Assembly (NCBI GenBank): GCA_001643675.2
Contig: LSRY02000014.1
Span: 1,674,001-1,738,000, forward strand
Length of the DNA: 64,000 nt
DNA from: Monocercomonoides exilis PA203
Lineage: Eukaryota > Protista > Preaxostyla
Direction: 5' to 3'
The notes beneath the pieces were generated by a model that saw only the letters and a program-made list of their open reading frames with translations, was not told where the DNA came from and did no database searches. Below are positions 34,201-49,089 of this stretch, in pieces; the first letter of the stretch is position 1; the number at the start of each line of letters is the position of its first letter. The position numbers and the translations under genes are program-made.

Positions 34201-36925
34201 GATCAAAGTTCAGGAAAAAGAAAAATTGGAAAATTATTTGACCCAAGTTTTGTATATTTTAGCTTATTGAGTCAGTATTTTTTGCATTTTATCACTTCAA
34301 AAATTTGGTGCCAATAAAAAAATAGTGCCAATAAAAACACTAACCTACAGTAACTCAAGTTGTTTTTGACTGAATGTTTATTTGAAATCAAATATCTGCA
34401 AAAGTCAGAATGAATAAAAAAATAAATGATGAAAGAAATTGGAATTATTATCGTTAATAAAGTTATCATGAATTTGTTTTTCAAAATTATTAAAAAAAAC
34501 CATCTCTTGTTTCAGAAAGAACAGAATGGCTTCTCATGAAAAAAGCAAGTGACATCCAAAATCAATAATTTCTTTTCTATCTTTCTTTTCTTGGAATTCA
34601 TTTTTTGTGCATATTTTTGATTGAGGTTTTTTTCTAAAAAGTGAAAATAAAAACTTCATGAAAATAAAGGGTTCCTTTTTCACATGCTGAATGCTGTATT
34701 TAATAATCAATAACTCTTCTCATTTTTTTTTATAAATGAACAAAAATAGAAAGAAATACTCAGTTACTCGGAAAACTGCAACAAAATCTTACACTGTTTT
34801 GAGAGGAGCTAGGGAAGGAGGGTTTCCTGAAATCAAATCAAACAAAAAGTTGGTGAAATTGATAGATCTTGAAAAATTTCAAAACACTGAAAATAGTGCC
34901 TGATTAAATTGTTGCTTTTCCATCTCAACAAAAACACAATTCCTCAAAAAAAAATATTCAATCAGAGGTTTGTAAACTGGTTTTCTTTTATTTTTTGTCT
35001 CATTTTTTTTTCTTTTGAGACAGAAGGTCTTGAGCACTGACCGAAAAATAAATGAAGAGTGCAGATGTTTCATGAAAATTATTGAGTGATTATTTTTGAA
35101 ATCATCTTTTTTCTATCAAAAATTTCTGTTTGAATTTCACTTAGAATATTGAAAAATAGACAATGAAAAGTGAAAACTTCTTTCAAGGACAATTTTTGAA
35201 TGAATATAATCTTAAACATGTTTGCTTTCAACAAATATCATGCTTTTTTTCTTTTGAAAGAATAATTTCTCTCCAAAGAAATGAAACTTTTGAAAAATCA
35301 ACACTTCTGGAAAAAAATGTGAATTCTTATATGGTGGAAAATTCGGACTTTCAAGCTTTTTACGCACAAAGCATTGAATCTTTGTTTCACTCATAACTTT
35401 ATTTCGCTTTCTCAGATTTTAAAATAAATTTGAATTTCAGATCCGTGAACAGGCATCGTTGTAATCAAAACATTAAGTTTTCCAACAATTCACGAATGTC
35501 AATAAATGGACCCATTTTTATTGCGATTTTTGATCTCAAAAAGTCAATGAAAAGTGCAGTATTTTTCAGTGAAAATGCCTGAGGTGAAATATTTTGTCCC
35601 ATATACAAAATGTATCATGGTTTTTTAAAAAGTTAATGTGTGATGAAAAAAAAAATAAAGCCAATAAACTCAATGCCTAACAAGGGATGTGCGAAAGAAG
35701 GATCATTTTCAATAAATCAATATCAGAGAATAAAAAGTCAAAATTGATAAACAATAAAAGTATTTTTCTTTGTTAATTCAAGAATGAGGTTCAGTTGTTC
35801 CTCAAAATCGTTCTTCCTAATAATTTCAGTTTTCAAATTTTGATAATAATCGGTTGTTTGTGAATTTTTTTCAGTATTTACAGTTTTCTTTTTCAAAAAT
35901 AACTCGAATACAAAAAGGATGATACACAAACAGAACTGAAATGGATTATTGAATTCAAACAAAGAAAAAAGATTTCCAAAATAAAAAATAACTTTCTTTT
36001 CAACAAACAGCTCCATTTTTCACAAATGAAAATGTGTTGTCTTTCATCAACGAATTTTCTGTATAAAAATACAAAAAATGAGTTAAAAAATCCTCGATAG
36101 TGATGATACATAATTATTTCAAAATTGTATTTTCAAATCACTGATAATCCAATAAAAGCATGCAACAATAAAGATTCAAAACACCAGAATTATACACATA
36201 AATTATTTTTTTGGTGAATCCATTGAAAATGTTTGCTCAGAAATGATGATTTTCCATTTCGCAATAATTTGTTTATATTCTTCAACTTGAAAAACAAGAA
36301 TTCTTCTTTTCGTTGAAGAAAATCACATTTCATGTAAAAGGCGAATTAAATAGTTTCATAAATATATTTTCTCAGCTGAAAAATCATATTTTTCGAAATA
36401 TAAGTTATCAATTTTTTAACAAATACATCACAATTCAAAAATATTTGCAAACGTATAGACGTGATGTGGACAAATATGTATGTGGATTATTTATTGTGAT
36501 TTCAGTTTCAAAACTCGTTTTTCTAATTGAATTTAAATAAGGAAAAAAAAATATTCAAAAACAAATTGACATTTTATCCAAATCGCAAACATAAATAATA
36601 AAAAGAACAAAACCGTCAGTTGCTCATCTTTCCTCAAACAAATGTTGCTCCTCATTTCGTTTTCAAACAACGGCAACAATCATCCCTTGAGCTGTGAGCA
36701 GCTGATTGTGATCATCAAATCACTTCCATCCCAAATAAAACAAACTCCTCTTTTCAACAAATTATGAATATCCACTTATCCTTTGAAAAAGAAAAAACCA
36801 CAACCAAATTACAAAACACATCTCACAAACTCTTTCACAAATTCTTCGATGCAAAGAAATATCACATTCTCCTTTGATCTCTCTCTCTCTTTTTTTGTTT
36901 CACATTCCCCTTTTCCATCTCACTT

Positions 36926-39900
36926 TCACCGCTCTTTCATCTCCTGCTTTTCTGTCTTCTTTGTTGTCTCTGATGTGTTCTCAAAAACTGTCGAATAGCC
37001 TTCTTCCCCACTCACAAAACTGCCTTCCCCCTCTCTCGTGCTCCCCCCACCCCTTTCACAGATCGCATCCGACATCGTCACAATCACAGCCCCTGCAGGG
37101 AAATGCCCATAAAACTCCCGCTTCATCTCGCTCAGTGTCGGACGATCGTTCCAGTCCTTTCCCATCGATGACCAAACAAGCTCATACAGCTCACTCCCTC
37201 GGATCTTCTCAACATTTGGCCTCTCTCCTTTCGATATCTTGTCTCCTGCCACCTCTGCCTCATACTCCCCAAACGGGATCTCCAGTGTCAGACACTCCCA
37301 CACCATCATCCCAATCGAGAATGCCACTGACTCCTTTGTTGCTCCCATCTTCTTGTTCATCTGCAGCTCGGGCGCCTTCCACCTCAGACACTCCTTCCTG
37401 TTGTCTTCACAATCCTCAAACGCTGATGAGGGTGGTGGTGAGTCGGTGAATCTCTCGCTCATCACTGAAACATTTGACGAGGATGAAGAAACCATGGACA
37501 TCGAAGATATGGATGATGAATCGGAATCATCTGAAGATGAGCAGTCGGAGTGGAGGGCAATGCAGATCACCATGTGCTCTGAGAACAGCACAATGTGAGG
37601 ACTGAGGTTGGCCAGCGAAGGCAATTCTTTTTCTTCATCAAATGAATGAAGTGCTCCATTCGCCACCCAGAACAGAATCTGTGCAGCTGTCTGTTCCCTC
37701 TCCTTCAAACTCCCAATCGCCATCTCCTTCTTCTCATTCCTCCCATGAAGCAGCATGAACAGTGAATCCCTCAAATCCACAATCAGCTTCTCATGAGGCG
37801 ATGAACAGGCCATTGCATCCACCAGATTCGACATCGATGAGGTGGTGGGACACAGACTCTCTGCTCGAACAAAAGTGGAATCTGAATCAGTTGTTGAAGC
37901 GGTTGAAGTGGATGAGATGGAGGGTGATGGAGTTCTCTTCCTTGTTTCCTCTTCTTTTTCATCAACCTTCTCCAATGCCCATTCTGGGATCTTGTCTGAA
38001 TCTCTCCCCAGGATGTATTCAGTCGATCCGCTCTCACTCAGCAAGTGTTCTGACGATTCTGAATGTTGAAGGCTTTTCGCATATTCCCTCTTCTTGATCC
38101 TTTCCTCACTCTTCTTCTCTGCCTCCCTCTCTGCCCTCCTCCACTGCTCCTCAGGCGACATCTCCATCATCACTATTTCAAATGCCTTCGGATCTTTTCT
38201 GATGTTGCCATTCACAATCTCTCTCAGATCTTCTGCTTCATTCTTCACCTTCTTCCACCGAATGGCCAGAATGATGGAAACAACAAGAACGATTATCAAT
38301 ATGATTCCCATGATTATCACAATAAACATCCAATAAGATTTTCCTTCTTTTCCTCCTTCAACAATTCTGTCATCTCCTTTTCCTTGAGTTTCACTTCTGT
38401 TCTTCAGAGTGAAAGAATCAGTCGATGAAGGAGATTCTTTCTTTCCAAACAGAACACTCACAGACACTTCTGTCTCTTCTCCCACTGCTCCCATCTGAGC
38501 CGATGAAACAACTGCAATAATTTCATTCTCTGACACACTTTCCTTTTCACCAATCCCATAGCTCTCAATCACCTCTTCCCTTCCATTTCTGAAGCTCAAC
38601 TTCAACGAAACATTGCAGGGGAGAAGAAGCCTTCCAATCAAAGTGATCATTGTTCTTCCCTCAGATGCTGTCTCATTCCTCGCCTCTTCCACAACTGGAA
38701 TGAACAGTGGAGATGCTCTCTCCTCAATCATCCCTCCCATTTCACATCCTTCATTTAGAATCCACAATGATGTATTTCTCTCCAATCCATCTCCTCCTTT
38801 CAGACTCATCACGTTCAACACTCCAGAATCTGAGCAGAGAATGTTTCTTCGAAGTGATAGATATTTTTCTATGGATGGGTTATTGTTCTCAAATAATCCC
38901 ATCTCAATCTCCACACTTCCTCCCCAAATAGAAAGACCTCCATCAGAGCAGTTCACAAAACTCGTATCCTTTATCTCCCCTGAGCTCTCCTTCACCTCAA
39001 CAACTGATCCATTCCATTTGCACACATCCACTTCCTCATTCAATTCTTTTTTTCTTTCTTCCTTTCCATCAAACAAGCACAGCCTCATCTGAATATTCTT
39101 GCACATCAAAAGTGATATCATCTTCCCTTTCTTTCTTTTTGATGAACACCCACCAAACGAACAGTTCGAAAACACCACATTTCCTTCCATCTCCTCAACA
39201 TCAATTACACCTGCACTCTCATCCACACATGTGATGTTCTCAAATGAAGATGACAGAATTGAAAATGAAAATTCACTATTCTCTCTGTTCTTCATTTCTG
39301 CTTCATCGCCATTCGCCCTTCCCATCCATCCTTTTTCCATTCTCGAATTCCCAGCTTCACTGATCTTTAAACAGCCTTTGCTTCCCTCAATATTTCTGAG
39401 TGTCAATCCATTCACTTCAGTATCCTCTTCCATAATCATGGCTGCTTCACTCAAAAATGAAAGCCACGAAACACTCACATTCCCCATTGAGCATTTCCCT
39501 CTTTCCACAAATATCAGACAGAATGGCACTTCCACCATTTCCCTCTCAGCCGAGCTCACTCCTTCAAGTGAACACATGCTGATCGATGTCTTTCCCGAAC
39601 TTATCTTCATGAACAATGAATGTGTTGTTGGAAGTGGAGTTGGCTTTGATTCCACTTCTTCAAATGCAAATTGTATCCATCGAACATACACCTGCCCATT
39701 TGTCTCCACAATCATTTCTTTGCTGCAATTCATCCTCCCTTTCACAACCACTCGACTCTGCACTTCATGCATCCCGCTCAGCGTGAGTGTGTCCAGTCCA
39801 ATTTCCTCATCAATCACAGATTCCTCGTCAACAAACACCTGGCTGAAGAAATCGTGTGTCAGATGCCTCAGCCCAAACCCAATCGTTGCACAAGGAAGTG

Positions 39901-42900
39901 AAGGCTTCCCACACTGCTGCTCGTTGCTTCCCCCTTTCCCTTCTTTGCTCGACACCACAATCGTGTCTGACTGGTATTTCACAATCAGACTCATCAAGTC
40001 CATCGCCTCCTCCTTGTGCTCTCCCGCATCCATCCCATAGATCGCATTCTGCCTGATGAACTCCACATCACGGAAGTCGAGATTGAACTGTGTTTCGTTG
40101 ATCTGCCTCTCGATGCAGTCACACACAATGAACACATCATTCCCAATCCTTGCTGTGTTCCTTCGGAATATCACCCCATCAAACACATAATCCAACTCAC
40201 CCCTCAATTCAGTCTTCAGATACACCCCACCTCCTTTCCCTTCGCTCACAGAGCATCCACACTGCTTCACACTCGTGTTCACAACATCGAACCATCCTCC
40301 TTCATTCAACTCAAACAGCATCACCCCTCCCTTTGTGCTTCTCCCACGACTGCACCCTTCAATCAGCGAATCTTCCACCACAAGCTTCACTCCACTCCCA
40401 CTCTTGCTCGAAACAACACTTGGATCAGCTCCTTCCCCTTCAACTGATCCAATGCTGCAATTCTTCATCCTCATCTCACCTCCTCCATTTGCCCCCTCTC
40501 CTTCAATTTCAAACAAACTCCCCTTCTCCAATGTGGCTTCAATCACTGTAAATTCATCAATCACACTCACAACTTCTCCACCAACCACAAATGCACTTCT
40601 CTTCCCAAAATACGAAAGCACTTTGAACCTCTTCACCTCCAGCTCCCCTTTCTTCACAATGCAAAATGCAACATTCCCCATCCCTTCTCTCTTTCCCTTC
40701 CATGTGATCGAACAGTCTTCCCATTCAACTTTCCCTCCCTCACTCACAATCATCCCTGCTTCCCCAATTCCCAAAACATTCATCACACACATCTCCAGCG
40801 CTCTCAGAGTGAATGCTCCACTGTTGCGAAGACACACTTTTGCTCCACTTTCTCCATCACTCCCCAACACAACTCTTCCATGTTCCATCTCATCATATCC
40901 CGCTCCCACAGATTCAACTTCAATCCCACTCAAATCAATTCCCCCTCCACTCTTATCTTTGCCTTCACTCCCACCACTTTTCTCTCTCCTCCTCTCTCAA
41001 TGTGCTTCAATCCCATTTCCAATGTCTCACACGGATCCTCTTCACTCCCACATCGAACAACATCATCTCCCTTTTCCCACACCACAATCCTCTCACTGTT
41101 GTATTCAATCACAAATCTCAATAGATCTGTGCTCATCCGCTTCTCATCGCTTCCAACAAACTCATTCGGATCGTCTTCCATCTCTTCAACATCAATCGCA
41201 AATGTCTCACTCCTCACTGTCGCATTCAGATCTGAATCCAAAATGAACATGTTCTTCCCCACAAATGCCTCATTCTCAGCAAACTTCACACCCTCAAACT
41301 TGAATGGCGTTCCTCCTCTCCTTTCACTGCAATTCACATACAGCCATCCTCCTTTCCCACCTCTCACCTTCTCTGCTGAACACCTCTCCATCATCCCCTC
41401 TTTCACATGAATCATCCCTGAATCAAGGATATTCACCCTCACTGCCCCTCCACTCATGCTCTCTCCTCCTATGACGTCACTCATGTTGCTCTGTTCTATC
41501 TTCATCACCCTCTTCACCTCTCCACATATCACAGCTGATTCATCTGCGCCAACAACCAACAGGCTCCCAAATGAGCAGTTGCTGATGCTCACAACTTCAT
41601 TCTCTCCTCCATTCTGTTCCATCCCAAGAAGAGCAAGATCCATCAGGCACTTTCTTGTCCTGATATTATTTATAGATACCCACTTCATCCTCACAGCTTG
41701 TCCACTGCTCCTGATGATTCGATATTCAATCTCCTCTCCTTCCCCTTCCTGCATCCCAAACGAACACAATTCCATCTCCAAAACACCTCTTACTGTTGAT
41801 GAGCTTATCACCACATCCTTCCTTTGTTCAAATAATCCAGGCAATTGAAACTCCACATTCACAAACACACTCACTCCTTTCGAATCAAGAACACTTTCTC
41901 CTTCTCCTTCAATTCCTTTCTCCACAACCACCTTCATTCTCGTGTTGCCTTTTCCTTCAATCCGAACTCCACTCACATCTCCCACCTTCTCAACACTCGT
42001 ACTCCCTGACACAACAATTTTCTTTTCTCCCTCTCCACCAAGCCTCCCAATCCCATAATCCACACTCCTGCATGGACAGTTCTCCATCCCACACCAAATT
42101 CCATTGTCTCCATTCTCACTCTCCACCTCAATCACAGATGAGCTGTAACCATCAATGAATATGAACAGATCAACCTCACTCACAAACTTCTGTCTATCTA
42201 TCCCACTCAGCGAATTCTCTCTATCAGTAATCCCTCCACTGAATGAGAAACTACTTCCGTTCACAACCCTCCTCAAATCATCACACACAACATACACATC
42301 CCTCCCACTCCTTGCTCTGTTCTCTTCAAACCTCACTCCTCTCACTGAAAACCCATATCTCTCTCCTTCAATCCCTACCCACATCCCTCCTCCACACCCT
42401 CCTCCATTCGTTGTCCCTTCCAGTCCAGCCGAACACTTCTTCATCAGTGTAACTTCTTCACTCCTGATCTTCAGTTGTGCATCCCCTTTCAATTCCACTC
42501 TCATCCCTCCTCCATTCCCTTTTTCTACCACACATCCTTCAATACTCGTGTTCCACACATCCACGAAGCCTCCTTCTGCAGCCACTCCGTTCACCATCCC
42601 TCCATCTCCCTCCTTCACTCTGATATTGCTCCCATTGCATCCCCAAATCGATGTCTCCTTTGCCTCAACTCCTTTTATTATCCCTGAATCAACAAAATTA
42701 CATGAATTCCACTTGCATTCACTCATCCGAACAATACAACTGCTCCCTGCCCAAATCAAGCTGCTTCCTCCCATTTCACAATCACTGGCAATCACACTTT
42801 CTGCTGTGAGTGTGCTCCCTCCCTCACAAACAACAAATCCCTTTTCTCCTTCAAAGGTCATGTCATTCAGCTCCACATTCTTCAACGAGACAGATGACCA

Positions 42901-45900
42901 TCCCCCATTCACTCTTATCACAGGCTTTCCAAATCTCATTGATGCCAATCTCAGTGAAGTCACATTCGCCTCTCCACATATCACAATGATCAAATTGTAT
43001 TCCACAAAATTCACTCCAACTCCAAATCCAACAACACATTCACTCAAGTTCAGTGTTTCTCCTTTCAACTGGAATATCGCCTCATGATGCTCAAGAACAG
43101 ATGGAATCACCAGCTCAATCTTCCTCATCCTTGTTTCCTTCAGCACCACAAACATTCCAATGCATCCTTCCTCTTCACCTTTGCACGCTGCCTCCCCTTT
43201 AACCACAAGTGATCCATCATCCCCTGTTCCTTCAATCACTCTTGCCATTTTCGAAAAGATCACTGTCGAGCCAACCTCAACTCCATTTCCAACTTTGACT
43301 GTCGCTGTTGTTGTTCCATCTCCTGGTGTGTTCTCTTCCCTTTCGATCGGACAGCTCAGTGTTCGGCACTCGAAAAATGTGTGCCCACACCGAGGATGAT
43401 CAGCTCCCGAAGCTGAAACATAGATCTCACTCCTCGGAACATCCAGGAGATAGCACACAATCGGAATCACCAGTGTTGCATTGTTCGTGTCTCCCATTCC
43501 CTCCACTTCATGCACATCCTCGCTCAAAAGCGAAACAAATCCATATCTCCCTTTCGGAACCAATTCCAGCTGATTCGAAGCAATAAACACATTCACTCCA
43601 TGAACAGCTTGATTGTTTTCAAATACCACATTCACAATCTCAAACACAACTGAAGGAGAAGACAACTCCAAATACACCCCTCCTCCTCTTCCCTTCTCCT
43701 CCCCACTTCCCTTCTCTGCCCCACATCCTCCAATCAATGTTGTCACCTCTCCTCTGCCAATCTTGAGTATCCCACTTTGACCAACACTCCAAGCAATGCT
43801 CCCTCCATTCCCTTCCTTACACACACAGTTTCTGAATGTGGTGTTCTCCAGCTCCCATGAATCGCTTCTCTCACTTTCAGTGCTGAATATCACCCCATCC
43901 CCTCTCATCCGACAGATCCTTTGGATCGTCACATTACCCAGCATCCCTCTCCCAACTCCACTTTCCTCCTCTTCCTCAAACAATGTGCAATCTCCCAGTC
44001 CAATATCCTCAATCAAACAGTTTTCCATCTTCATTTTCTCAAATATCACTTTGAATGGTGAAACATCAAATGTGTGACTCTGCCCTTCTTCTGCCCCTGA
44101 TATGATCACATTCTTCAGTGTCAGTTTCTGTGCTCCTGTTTGCATCGCAAACAATGAAGATGATGATTCTGCGCTGTTGTGTCGAATTGTCACCAAAGTC
44201 AATCCCATCGATCCCGAATCCAATGTGAACAAACACTCATGTGAATTCAGCAATTTTGTGGAAATGACACACTCGCTCTCGCTTTCGCCTTTGAATGTAA
44301 TATCTCCCCCTCCAATGAATAGAGCCGTTGAAGAAAAGGTCGATTGAAGAATATTCACTGTTCCTTCTGCTCCTTTCTCAATCATGTTGAATGCCTGCTC
44401 AATCGTGTTGCAGGGGCTGATCTGTGTTGTCCCACACACAGGCCCTGTAATCCCATCTGCTCTGGCAAATGTTGTTTTGATTGTAAAAAGCCATGAATCA
44501 AAATCTGTTTGGCTGTCGTTGTAAAATACTCTCTTTGAGGGGGTTGTTGAGAACGATGACTCAAATGGTGAACCTTTCAAAAAATAATTTTTGATTTTGA
44601 CATCATGACCTTCTTCATTTATTGCCTTGTTTCCACTGAAAAAGCAAAACGATATCAATTTTGGAGGTGGTTCAGTTTTCATCCAACTTGCTGAATTTAA
44701 ACGTATTCCTCCGCCTCCACCTTCTAGTATTTCTGTTCCTGTTCCATTTGCTAAATTTCCTTCAAATTCACATTCAGAAATTATATATGAATTCGACTGT
44801 CTTTCCATATATAATCCTCCACCAAATGATCCTGCGACATTGCGAATAAATTTGCATTTCTCAATTGTTTCATCCTCATTTCCAGAAGACTGTTGAATTC
44901 GTAATCCTCCTGCATAGCGATTATATGCTTTGCATTCAAAAAAGATACATTCAGAAAAAAAATAGTCTCCTCTTTGCTCATAAATTATCATTCCACCTGT
45001 ATTTGTTTCTGCCAAGCAATTTGTGAAATTACAGCCTAACATTTTCACACCTGCTGCTGATTGAACATCAACTGTTCCATCGCCAACTTGACTCATGTTC
45101 TTGAATGAGCATCTTTCACATTCAAGAGTCGAATTTCCATTCAAATAAATAGCACTTCCAGATACAACATGTCCCGTTTGATACCATTCGCAATCCGTGA
45201 AAGAATGTGTTTCATTTGCTCCCAGTTCACACCTTGTCATGTTGCGTCCACCTGATTCATTAACATTCATCGTTCGAAAGCAACACTCAAATGAGGTGTT
45301 TGTTGCTCTCAGCGAGGCACATGGGCTGTTCACTGACCTCAAAATACCTCCATAAATAACATCCCAAACTCTGAAAAACGAGCAGCCTTCAATCGTTGTT
45401 TCTGTTCTCGCTCTCGAATCCTTTTCTCTTTGTGCTCCTGAAGCAACAGAAATATTTGCCATCTTCAAGTCAGAGGCTTTCACAAAGCAGCTCGTATTCG
45501 GTGCAAGAAATGGAGCAGATGCCAATTCAAATGATGAAAACGACGAGTCTCGAAGAGTTATCGAGTCTGTTCCATCTCTCTCAGAATTTTTGAAAGATGA
45601 GCAAAAAAGTCGCGGAATTGGTGCAAATGGCTTCAAAGTTCCAATCATCAGATTCACTGAATGGATGCTTCCTCCATCCACCGCAAATGGGCTCATTTGT
45701 GATGAAATCAAAATCATGCATCCTTTGATATCCAGCCTTGACCCCTCACAAGCCAAAAAACAAGCTTTTCCTTCCTGCTGAATCTGCAACACACTCGCTG
45801 TGCTCACTGAGCTGTTCACAGCAACAAATGTCGATAATATCTTGCTATTCTGATTATTTTCTGATTCATAATTATCATTCCTGCCCCCTGACAGTCGAAA

Positions 45901-46002
45901 CATAAAATTTGCATCCAATTCGCATATCTCCTTAGCTGATGCTTCTTTTGCCTCATCAATAGCAAAGACGCATGCAATGATAAAAAGCACAAAGTTCATC
46001 AT
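36926..46002 (-). CDS. Giant beta-helix/TM/pseudokinase protein (~3,020 aa; 5 modules), split by one frameshift at ~40935 (pseudogene or sequence error)
   Basis: ORFs 40930..46002 (signal peptide and ectodomain) and 36926..40933 (ectodomain, TM, kinase-like tail) overlap. Adding one A to GGGGAATTGAT restores EGEIDLSGIEVE. The tail is nearly identical to that of 12927..21116. Confidence 0.85.
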
Positions 46003-47789
46003 TCTATTGCTGCGTTATTCGCTCCTTGTGCCAGATAAGAACGTGTAGTGAAAAATCAAAAAAACAACATAGCCCATATTACTCTTCATTTTATCATCAT
46101 GATATACAATTTTTTTCTTCAAATTCTCAAAATAGCCTCAAATAATTTCAAATAAGAAATTAATGATTATCAAGCATACAAATAGATTTTTCACTCAAAA
46201 TATTCAAAAAAAAATTACAAAATATGATTCCAAACATTTCAGATGAGACTTTGTCATTTTCGAAGAAATATTATCATTTCCACAGAATATCAACAACATT
46301 CCCCCATCGACTGCGAAATTTTCTTCTTTCTTTCAGATCAATGACGAGTTTTGCTGTTTGCCAATTGAAAGAAATCTTCTTTTTGCAAATGCTCTCAATT
46401 ATTTTTCCTTGTTAAATTCCTCCAAAGTCCATGCTCCAATGGATATGTTCTCTATCGAGCCAAATGTCATTTCCAACTTCATATTTTGTTGAGCTGGCAT
46501 CATAAATTCACAAATGATTCATTCGTAACTGTCCATCACTATGCCCATCAAAAAAACAGAAGGAAATAATATTATGAGAAAATACAATATTATGAAGGTT
46601 CCATGCTGTGTCGGTTGCTGAATGTTGCTTGAATCCGAGAAATCGCAAGATTATTGAAAAAGTCTCGCTTTTGATTGCGCTGCCACAAAGAGTTTAAATG
46701 TTGTTTCCTTCATCCTCCTGATAGAACTCTCAGAATAGATGCATATGGTTGATAGACTGCTCAAATCTTATTTCCAAAATTTGTTGGCATCCAAAACAAT
46801 TGATAATCATTCCAACAAATCATTCAGATTATATAACTTTAAGTAACTCGAATACATGTAGTGTTATTATTATCCTTTCATTTGTGGTATTTTTCTTTGT
46901 TGTAACCCTGCTCTCCTCCGTTTTATTCGCGAAATAAAAAGATCATAACCCATCCTTGCATTCTCAAATCTCCAATGAAAACAAAAAGAAATGCATAAAC
47001 AAGAAAATGAATAAAAAATAAAGAGAGAAATTATTTAAAAATTATAATAAATTTAATGATGTGTTATTTTCATTGGAACAATTATATTTTTTAATTTGAT
47101 AAATTATGATAAAGAATCATATTTTTTGTTCTTGTTCAGTTGAATCTCTTGTATTTCTGCGGTGGTATTTTTTTTCACTTCTCTTTTATTTCTTTTTTAT
47201 ATCATTTGTCGAATAATAAAAAACAGTTCAAAGATTAAAAATTATAATTTTCTATTGAATTTGAAAATGACAAATAAATAATTGATTTATTCTTCAAAAA
47301 TGAAACTCCTTTTTAAGAAAGTTTCACAAAAGATTTATTCAACTGAAATGAAAATTTCAAATCAAATCTGTTCACAAAAGTGAGCGCAATTGTTTTGTGA
47401 AACAAAATGTTGATGAAAGACTCTTGAGTTTTTGAAGTTTTAATTTTTTAAACAATTAATTAGAGGGGACACAATTATTAAGGACGTACATTTTCACTTT
47501 TTTGTGCTTTAATAAATGTTATATTATTTGAAAGTGTTTTCTCTTCGATCTTCGAAAGCCGAAATCTCGAAAATTGACAAATTTTTCAAAAACATGTGGA
47601 CAATACAGTTTTAAATGGCAAAGGACTGTTTTCTGTGAAATAAATAAATGAGTTTTATGGGCGATCATTTTTTGAAAACGTACTATTTCAATCAAAAAGA
47701 ACGTTTGATGCCTTGTTTTGAATATTCATAAATGAACAATATCAAATGATTGATATTTTGTAAAATACCTCTGGGATTGTTTTATGTTG

Positions 47790-48050
47790 GTTGTTATTTT
47801 TGAAATCATAACTTTTTTCGGGGTGTTGATTTTTCAAATATTGAAAGTTTTTTGAATGAAAATTTTAATTCAAAAGAGAAAAAGCATGATTACTGTTTTT
47901 AATAACAAATGGTTTTTCCTAATTAAAGATTAAAATGCATTCAATAAACCTTTTTTCTTTTCAATTTTATTATATTGATATTCATGAAATATTTTAGAAC
48001 CGAAATATTTGATTGAAGAAATATGATTTCAAAAATAATCACACATGTTA
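47790..48050. mobile_element. ~250-bp MITE-like element with TIR TTATTTTTGAAATCATA
   Basis: TTATTTTTGAAATCATA...TATGATTTCAAAAATAA. A related inverted copy lies at ~49090-49350. Confidence 0.55.
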
Positions 48051-48176
48051 ATTACGGAAATAAAGTTTTCTTTTTTGAAATATTTACAGTCGCGAAAATG
48101 AAAATTTTCAAAAAAACGAAATTAAAATTTTTAGAAGAGAATTTTGAGAAAGAATTTTTTTTTTCAAAAAATTGTA

Positions 48177-48554
48177 CAGATATCGCACAAAATACCGGAC
48201 ATCGCACAAAATACCGGACAAGATCGTTTTCACAATAACTGCAAGAGGAATAATTCTGATAATTTTCCTCAAAATGTATCTCATCAATACAAACTCATGT
48301 GATATACAAGACTTTCAAAATAGCCTTTTTTGTGCTCAGAAAAAATAAATATTGAAATTTCGGAGAAACTCAAAATCCTATTTCTCCGAGATTTTAAAAA
48401 TAATTTTTTTCTGAGTACAAATGAAGCTGCTTTGAAAGTCTCGTTTATCAACTAAGTTTGTATTGATGAGATACATTTTGAGGAAAATTGTCAGAATTAT
48501 TCCTCTTGCAGTTATTGTGAAAACGATCTTGTCAGGTATTTTGTGCGATATCTG
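48177..48554. mobile_element. Hairpin MITE (~380 bp) with TA target-site duplication
   Basis: TA|CAGATATCGCACAAAATACC...GGTATTTTGTGCGATATCTG|TA. Arms are complementary nearly to the centre (~48375). Second copy at 63319-63694. Confidence 0.92.
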
Positions 48555-49089
48555 TATCAAACAACTTTCATAGGGTCAAATACAAATGTGCTTGAATCGT
48601 TTCTTGCTCCTCCAAGAATATCTGATTTTTTAAATGAGAGTATTTGAAGAATGTCAGTTTCCTCTTTAATATCTGATTTAATCTCAGATTTTGTTGAGTG
48701 ATTTTTTTCATTTACACCTCTGGATATGACAAAAGATAATTGAAACAATGTCAAAAAGACTGACAAGATATTTATGATTTGTCAAACATGGTAATTTTTT
48801 ACGATTTCACAATTATCAATTACAAAAACAATTATTATGAAAATATATAATTAACATAACTTATTATTTTGAAAAAATTACTTTTTTTTATTTTTGAAAA
48901 TCAAGCACCCAACAAAATGCACCTAAAATTATTCAAAGTCGAATATCTTTCATTCACAGTTGATGGACCTATAATAATTCAAAATCTATAAACTTTCAAC
49001 CAAAATCGAAAAACTTTCAACCAAAATCAAAATTTTAACAAAATAAACGAAATTTTAATAAAGAGTATTCAATAAAAGATAAATATAGG

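Noticed and set aside
23700-36000. Terminal inverted repeats bounding the pogo-like element
   Set aside because: Only short AT-rich matches found by eye; none convincing.
48181-48220. Short direct repeats as a CRISPR-like array (also ~48990-49040, ~57631-57680)
   Set aside because: Two or three adjacent copies without unique spacers, no cas genes, and a eukaryotic context.
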